The position numbers were made by a program, and so were the translations under genes. Positions 59,854 to 64,000 of a DNA stretch of 64,000 nt are shown in pieces (within the stretch, counting starts at the first letter, position 1; each line of letters begins with the position of its first letter). Origin of the DNA: an uncultured delta proteobacterium (GTDB lineage: Bacteria; Desulfobacterota; Binatia; Binatales; Binataceae). The stretch lies in assembly GCA_963710425.1 (NCBI GenBank), contig CAVQAR010000024.1:85935-149934 (forward strand), in the 5' to 3' direction. The notes under the pieces are model-generated. The model ran no database searches, had not been told where the DNA came from, and saw nothing but the letters and a program-made list of their open reading frames with translations.

Positions 59854-59885
59854 CGAGAGGGGTGGGATTCAAACCCACGAGGGAC
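59854..59885 (-). other. tRNA 3'-end-like remnant (T-arm plus acceptor strand), not a complete tRNA
   Basis: The minus strand reads GTGGG-TTTGAAT-CCCAC-CCCTCTC-G. This gives a 5-bp T stem, a 7-nt loop with C56 replaced by T, and a 7-nt acceptor strand. No matching 5' acceptor, D arm or anticodon arm lies upstream. Confidence 0.35.
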
Positions 59886-59962
59886 TTATCATCCCTGCCG
59901 GTTCTCTTCTTCAGGATCGACCAGCATGCGCTGCGACGCGTCTTCACCGCGCAACTTCCTGT

Positions 59963-61273
59963 CTAGTCAGCGATGATTTCCTCGAGCGCCATTCCCCGCG
60001 ATTCCTCGATAAAAAAAACAAAAAGCAGCGATACTCCGATCGCGAATAGACCCAGATAACCAACCACGTTCGAGATACCGCCCAGCCGCGGTGCCAACGC
60101 CGCAACGATTCCCTGGCCAGTCACCTCACCGATCGCGCCGGCGAACGCGCGGCAACCCATCATCGTTGTCCGCAGGCCGCCCGGAATCAGCTCCGTGGCC
60201 GAAGAATTCGCGCCTACGCTGGTTGCATTGGTGGCCATGCCGAAGCAGCTAAATCCTGCGCCGAGCCACAGAAGCGGATGGCGAAAGGTGGAAGGCGGAC
60301 CCCAAAATGACCAGACGGAGCCCATCGCCAACACCAGCGCGAAGCCCGAAACCGTTGGAACCCGACCGAACCGCTCGCACGATGCGGCACCGAGCGGGTA
60401 TCCCGTCAGCGCCAAGCCGCCGGCAATCAGCAACATCAGGCTCGCCGCCGCTGGCGGGCTACCTACTACCGAGACGGTATGGAAATAGATCCAGGTCTTG
60501 CCGGAAGTAATCGCGATACCGCTCAACAACGCGGAGACGACCAAGGTGATCGCACGCCGGCGGTAACGGGGCCGCAACAAGTCGGACAGCGCATTGTCGG
60601 CCCGATTGCGGTTCGCGACCGCAGGCTGCAACTCAGTGATTTCATCGCGCGTGCCCTCGATTAGGTAGAGTCCGAGGCTCGGCAACGCGGCAAGCACCAG
60701 GAGCCATCGCCATGAGTAGCCGGCGTATGCCAGCAGCGGCATCAGCGCGATGCTGAACCCGCTTCCCACTCGCACCGCGATACCGACCAGGCTCTGGCCC
60801 GTCGCGCGTTCAGCGACTGGCAACTTCTCGGCCACTACCACGATCGCGGCGGCAATGGCGGCGGATGCTGTCGCATCGAGCAAGATCTCGCATAGCGTGA
60901 ACGCCTTCAGACTGCGCGAGAGCGCCGCGCCGATAGATCCGAACGAACTCGCGAACACGCACCATCTCAACAACCGGAAGCGTCCGATCACATCGAACAG
61001 GCGAGTTAAGACCAGCGCACCGATCGAAGACACTGAGATCCAGGCAAACAGTCGAGCTAGGCTCGACTGGTCCAGATGGAAGCTCTGCATAATCCAGGGT
61101 GCCGCAACCCCGTTGACCGACAGAGTAAAGGCCTGAAGAGCAAGGATCGCCAGCACCCACCGGTTCGAGGTGACCAACTGCAAAGTGGCATCTCGCGACA
61201 TGACCCCGCACGGTATCCTCATTGGAACATCGAAGCCATCGCGCAGGCGTTCAACATCACGCCGCGTCGACAT
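59963..61273 (-). CDS. MFS transporter
   Basis: 436-aa ORF with about 12 hydrophobic segments. The start may be internal (MSRDATLQ at 61201). Confidence 0.75.
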   Translation of the reverse strand: MSTRRDVERLRDGFDVPMRIPCGVMSRDATLQLVTSNRWVLAILALQAFTLSVNGVAAPWIMQSFHLDQSSLARLFAWISVSSIGALVLTRLFDVIGRFRLLRWCVFASSFGSIGAALSRSLKAFTLCEILLDATASAAIAAAIVVVAEKLPVAERATGQSLVGIAVRVGSGFSIALMPLLAYAGYSWRWLLVLAALPSLGLYLIEGTRDEITELQPAVANRNRADNALSDLLRPRYRRRAITLVVSALLSGIAITSGKTWIYFHTVSVVGSPPAAASLMLLIAGGLALTGYPLGAASCERFGRVPTVSGFALVLAMGSVWSFWGPPSTFRHPLLWLGAGFSCFGMATNATSVGANSSATELIPGGLRTTMMGCRAFAGAIGEVTGQGIVAALAPRLGGISNVVGYLGLFAIGVSLLFVFFIEESRGMALEEIIAD

Positions 61274-61361
61274 TGACGCGAGGACCAGGAAGACCGTCGC
61301 GAGTGGTTGAGGGCAGGTATGTTTAGCTACGCTGGGGCGCTACTTTTGGACGCGGTCTCTT

Positions 61362-62714
61362 ATGAACTGCACATCGTGCCATTCTGACAATCGTTCGCCG
61401 TCACGGTTCTGCGAGCATTGCGGCAGCCAGATTGATTTTTTTGACGCGAGTAGTAGACGCAACGCCCCAACAGCCGATCGCCCGCGCCCGGCCGTTGGGC
61501 CCGCTGTCGTCTCTCGGGCCCTCCTGTCAGTACGGCGGTATCTAAGTTTCCTCCGGTGGCTCATTTTGCAGCCGGTCAACCGGCTGGTTTCTCGTCATAA
61601 GGTCTCAAACAAATCGGGCGCGATACTCGTTGTTCATCCCTGCCGGATTGGCGACATGATCCTTTGGCTCGATGCTGCGCGTGGCTTGCGTGAACTGTAT
61701 CCAGCGCCTGCACACCGAATCGTTTTGCTGGCCGATACGGCCAGTGCGTCGCTGGTGCGCTCGCAACCGTATTTCGATTGTGTATTGGAGCTGGATCGAG
61801 CGCGTTTTTCCAAAAGTCCTCTGTATCGTTGGCAAATGCTTCGGAGAATCGCAGGCGAAGGATTTTCAGTTGCCCTGAATCCAGCGGCTTGGCAGGACTA
61901 TTACGTCGCGGATAGCATCATGGGCGCGTTAGGGGCCCCCGAAAGGGTGGGGTGGTCACTACGGCCCGACTCTCATTCGCCAGGCGAGCGTCTGATGAGA
62001 GTTTGGCGTGCCCGCAAATACAGTCTTCTATTGTCGATGCCCACGGAGAACCGGGGTATACTTCGACTTAATTCCGAGTTCCTGCATGCGCTTGGCCACG
62101 ATGGTTTCGCACCGCGCGCACCGAAACTGAATCTCGACCGGAAGGTTGACGTGGTGGCCGCCTCGCCCCCGTACTATGTGCTATGTCCAGGCGCGACGGA
62201 CCCACTAAAGCGCTGGCCCTCCGGGCGGTTTGCGGCGCTCGCTGAGGGCATTTTTGCCGCCACCGGAATGCGCGGCACGATATGCGGTTCGATCGCTGAA
62301 AAACAGCTCGCGATTGCGATTTGCAGGCTCGCCGACGCCCCACTTTCCGATCTCACCGGATCCCTGTCCCTGGAACAATTTGCCCAATTCGCCGCCGGCG
62401 CGAGCCTGGTTATTTCAAATGATTCGGGCCCTCTTCACGTCGCCGCCGCGTCGGGGGCGCCAACGCTCTGCATTCTGGGAGGAGGAAGGTTTGGTTGGTG
62501 CGTGCCCTATGATTCTCCTCCGCAAGAAGGCACGTGCTTGCCGCAGGCCGTCTGGCATCCAATGGAGTGCTTCGGTTGCGGCTGGCGTTGCCCTTTTGAG
62601 ATTTCACCTGAAGGTGCTGCGCCATGCGTCGTCAACATATCGGCCGCAGAAGCAACCGCAGCGGCTCTTGCGATTCTTGCTTCAAACGAAGCTCATAAAC
62701 CAGGAACATCGTAA
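61362..62714 (+). CDS. Family 9 glycosyltransferase (heptosyltransferase-like) with an N-terminal zinc ribbon
   Basis: CTSCHSDNRSPSRFCEHCG (CxxC...CxxC). GT9 signature VISNDSGPLHVAAASGAPTLCILGG. Confidence 0.75.
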   Translation: MNCTSCHSDNRSPSRFCEHCGSQIDFFDASSRRNAPTADRPRPAVGPAVVSRALLSVRRYLSFLRWLILQPVNRLVSRHKVSNKSGAILVVHPCRIGDMILWLDAARGLRELYPAPAHRIVLLADTASASLVRSQPYFDCVLELDRARFSKSPLYRWQMLRRIAGEGFSVALNPAAWQDYYVADSIMGALGAPERVGWSLRPDSHSPGERLMRVWRARKYSLLLSMPTENRGILRLNSEFLHALGHDGFAPRAPKLNLDRKVDVVAASPPYYVLCPGATDPLKRWPSGRFAALAEGIFAATGMRGTICGSIAEKQLAIAICRLADAPLSDLTGSLSLEQFAQFAAGASLVISNDSGPLHVAAASGAPTLCILGGGRFGWCVPYDSPPQEGTCLPQAVWHPMECFGCGWRCPFEISPEGAAPCVVNISAAEATAAALAILASNEAHKPGTS

Positions 62715-62747
62715 GAAGCACGACATCAGAAACATTCGCTCACTCGG

Positions 62748-63845
62748 TTACTCGTCCATGAAAACAGCGCGTCCCAAGCGAGCCGATTTCTCTGCCGCGA
62801 GCACAGCCTCAAGGCTGCGCATGCCGTCTTCAAGCGTCGGGACATCCCGCCGGTGTCCGTTAATGAGAGCCACAAACGTATCCAGGGCTCGTTGATACGA
62901 CGGATCATAGGACGGACGCCTCAACTTGCTAAGACGCCAGCCCAAACTGGCGACTCGCGGAAAAGAACGCTTGCTTCTCAAGCCGTATCCCAGTCGGCGA
63001 GGGATGCGAAGCTCAACCACCGAGCGAAATCGATCGACTGTTAGTGTTCCACATTCGCCAAGAAGTTGGATCGAATCTGCCAGTCCTGACCGGCACGAGA
63101 AGAAACTCTGGACCTCCGTGCCTCGAACCATCGTCATTCGGAGCCAGGCCGAGTCACTCTCGCTTGCTTCTGATACGATGCGAGCCTCAACCTGGCTGAA
63201 CTCGTCGTCGAGAAGAAATCGCAGGAGATCGAGGTGGTGCGAAGCTAGGTCGAGCAGCACGCCGCCTCCACTGGATCGGTGTTTCTTCCATTCGGACGTT
63301 CCGCCGCTTGCTGGCGGATCACAGAGCACTGTCTGCACCATATGAACCTTGCCGAGACGCCCCTCCGCAAGGATCGCTCGCGCCTGCTCGATCGCCGGAT
63401 GGCGTCGCCGATTGAAGCCCATCATCGTCACTAGCCCAGCGCCCGCGGACGCTTCGAGAACGCGGCGTCCTGAGTCCGCGTCCGTCGCAAGCGGCTTCTC
63501 GAGATAGAAATGCTTGCGGGCGGCGCAGGCGGCAAGGGCAAGATCGTGATGCAGACCGGTAGGAGCACAGATGACGACCGCATCGATGTCGTTTCGTGCA
63601 AGGAGATCTTCGGAGCGCTGAAAGACGGGCCTCTTCACCAATCTGGCGGCGTTATCTCTGGCTCAAGGATCGGAATCGGCGGCGGCTACCAGTTCTACGC
63701 CCCGCATGCGAGCCAAGGCGGGCAAATGTACCCAATAGGCAATGTTGCCGCATCCGATGACGCCTACCCGAAGCTTGCTCTTCACGCGCTCGGTGGTCAG
63801 TACGCCCGACCGGCCCGGTTTATCGCGATATGTCGCATCGGTCAT
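62748..63845 (-). CDS. Gfo/Idh/MocA-family oxidoreductase interrupted by one in-frame TGA (63663-63665)
   Basis: Rossmann RVGVIGCGNIAYWVHLPAL, then ...AAADSDP-TGA-ARDNAARLVKRPVFQ...ICAPTGLHHDLA...YLEKPLA. Both ORFs (63663..63845 and 62748..63641) are in the same frame. Confidence 0.8.
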
Positions 63846-64000
63846 CTGCGGATCGTCCCTGCTTCATGACGGGCACTCGCGTTTGGGTCGGCGGAAACGT
63901 AGCGGAGCGTAACCGCGCGCTCGACTGCCATCGCCAGCGTCTCGAGCGGAGACAGCATGTCGCGGAACCGCGATGATACGTAGTGACTCAATGCCATGTT
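63842..64000 (-). CDS. 3' end of an unidentified CDS entering from the right edge
   Basis: Open frame ...RFRDMLSPLETLAMAVERAVTLRYVSADPNASARHEAGTIRR-stop. The stop overlaps the downstream ATG (ATGA). Confidence 0.35.
   Translation of the reverse strand, partial: NMALSHYVSSRFRDMLSPLETLAMAVERAVTLRYVSADPNASARHEAGTIRR

Noticed and set aside
51733-59962. Calling the R-M island a defined mobile element (integrative element or prophage remnant)
   Set aside because: No integrase, transposase, excisionase or matching direct repeats were found in the window. There are only compositional hints and a tRNA-like fragment, so the mobile_element feature type is not justified.
63663-63665. Selenocysteine at the in-frame TGA
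   Set aside because: The position is a variable loop and not a redox-active site. No SECIS-like hairpin is evident immediately downstream, and no sel genes are in the window. It is kept as an open finding but not called Sec.

Overview
A 64 kb stretch of bacterial chromosomal DNA at roughly 60% GC. There is no rRNA, intact tRNA, CRISPR array, transposase or integrase, so the taxon cannot be fixed from the sequence. Gene content is rich in CaiB-type CoA-transferases, acyl-CoA dehydrogenases, amidohydrolases and an LLM oxidoreductase. That suggests a metabolically versatile environmental bacterium, probably from a metagenome or long-read assembly.

Gene order, left to right:
- TonB-dependent receptor (5' partial), then exbB, exbD and tonB
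- M20 deacylase
- ppk1
- two tandem paralogous small secreted proteins
- DUF502 protein
- biotin carboxylase followed by a BCCP-carboxyltransferase (probably one single-chain acyl-CoA carboxylase)
- two convergent transglutaminase-like genes plus a C26 amidotransferase
- L,D-transpeptidase
- dienelactone hydrolase
- PfkB kinase plus class II aldolase
- aldehyde dehydrogenase plus an HpaB-family enzyme
- sthA
- recQ
- patatin
- DUF992 protein
- a roughly 10 kb GntR-controlled aromatic/acyl-CoA catabolic cluster: 2 acyl-CoA dehydrogenases, 2 CoA-transferases, a LigB-type dioxygenase, an SDR, Rieske alpha/beta subunits and an ACMSD-type amidohydrolase
- a low-GC membrane protein gene next to REP hairpins
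- D-aminoacylase plus a TauD-family dioxygenase
- higBA
- an aldo/keto reductase pseudogene
- LLM oxidoreductase
- a broken acyl-CoA dehydrogenase and a broken VOC-like gene
- cupredoxin
- a large wHTH-AAA-TPR regulator
- a lower-GC island (about 51.7-59.9 kb) with a decaying type I restriction-modification locus followed by two uncharacterised genes
- MFS transporter, Zn-ribbon-GT9 glycosyltransferase and a Gfo/Idh/MocA oxidoreductase

Main points of interest:
1. The island. hsdR is split, hsdM is intact and hsdS is reduced to its C-terminal helix. Downstream lie a PD-(D/E)xK-motif protein and a SEC-C-motif protein with an Rx4H (HEPN-like) motif. I regard this gene pair as the best candidate for an undescribed defence module.
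2. More than 30 apparent frame changes spread over about 20 otherwise well-conserved genes. These are either assembly indels or real decay and need read-level checking.
3. Three point lesions that look genuine: an in-frame TGA in the Gfo/Idh/MocA gene, and TGG->TAG plus ATG->ATA in the aldo/keto reductase remnant.
4. A 0.3 kb patch of sharply different synonymous codon usage inside the carboxyltransferase domain.
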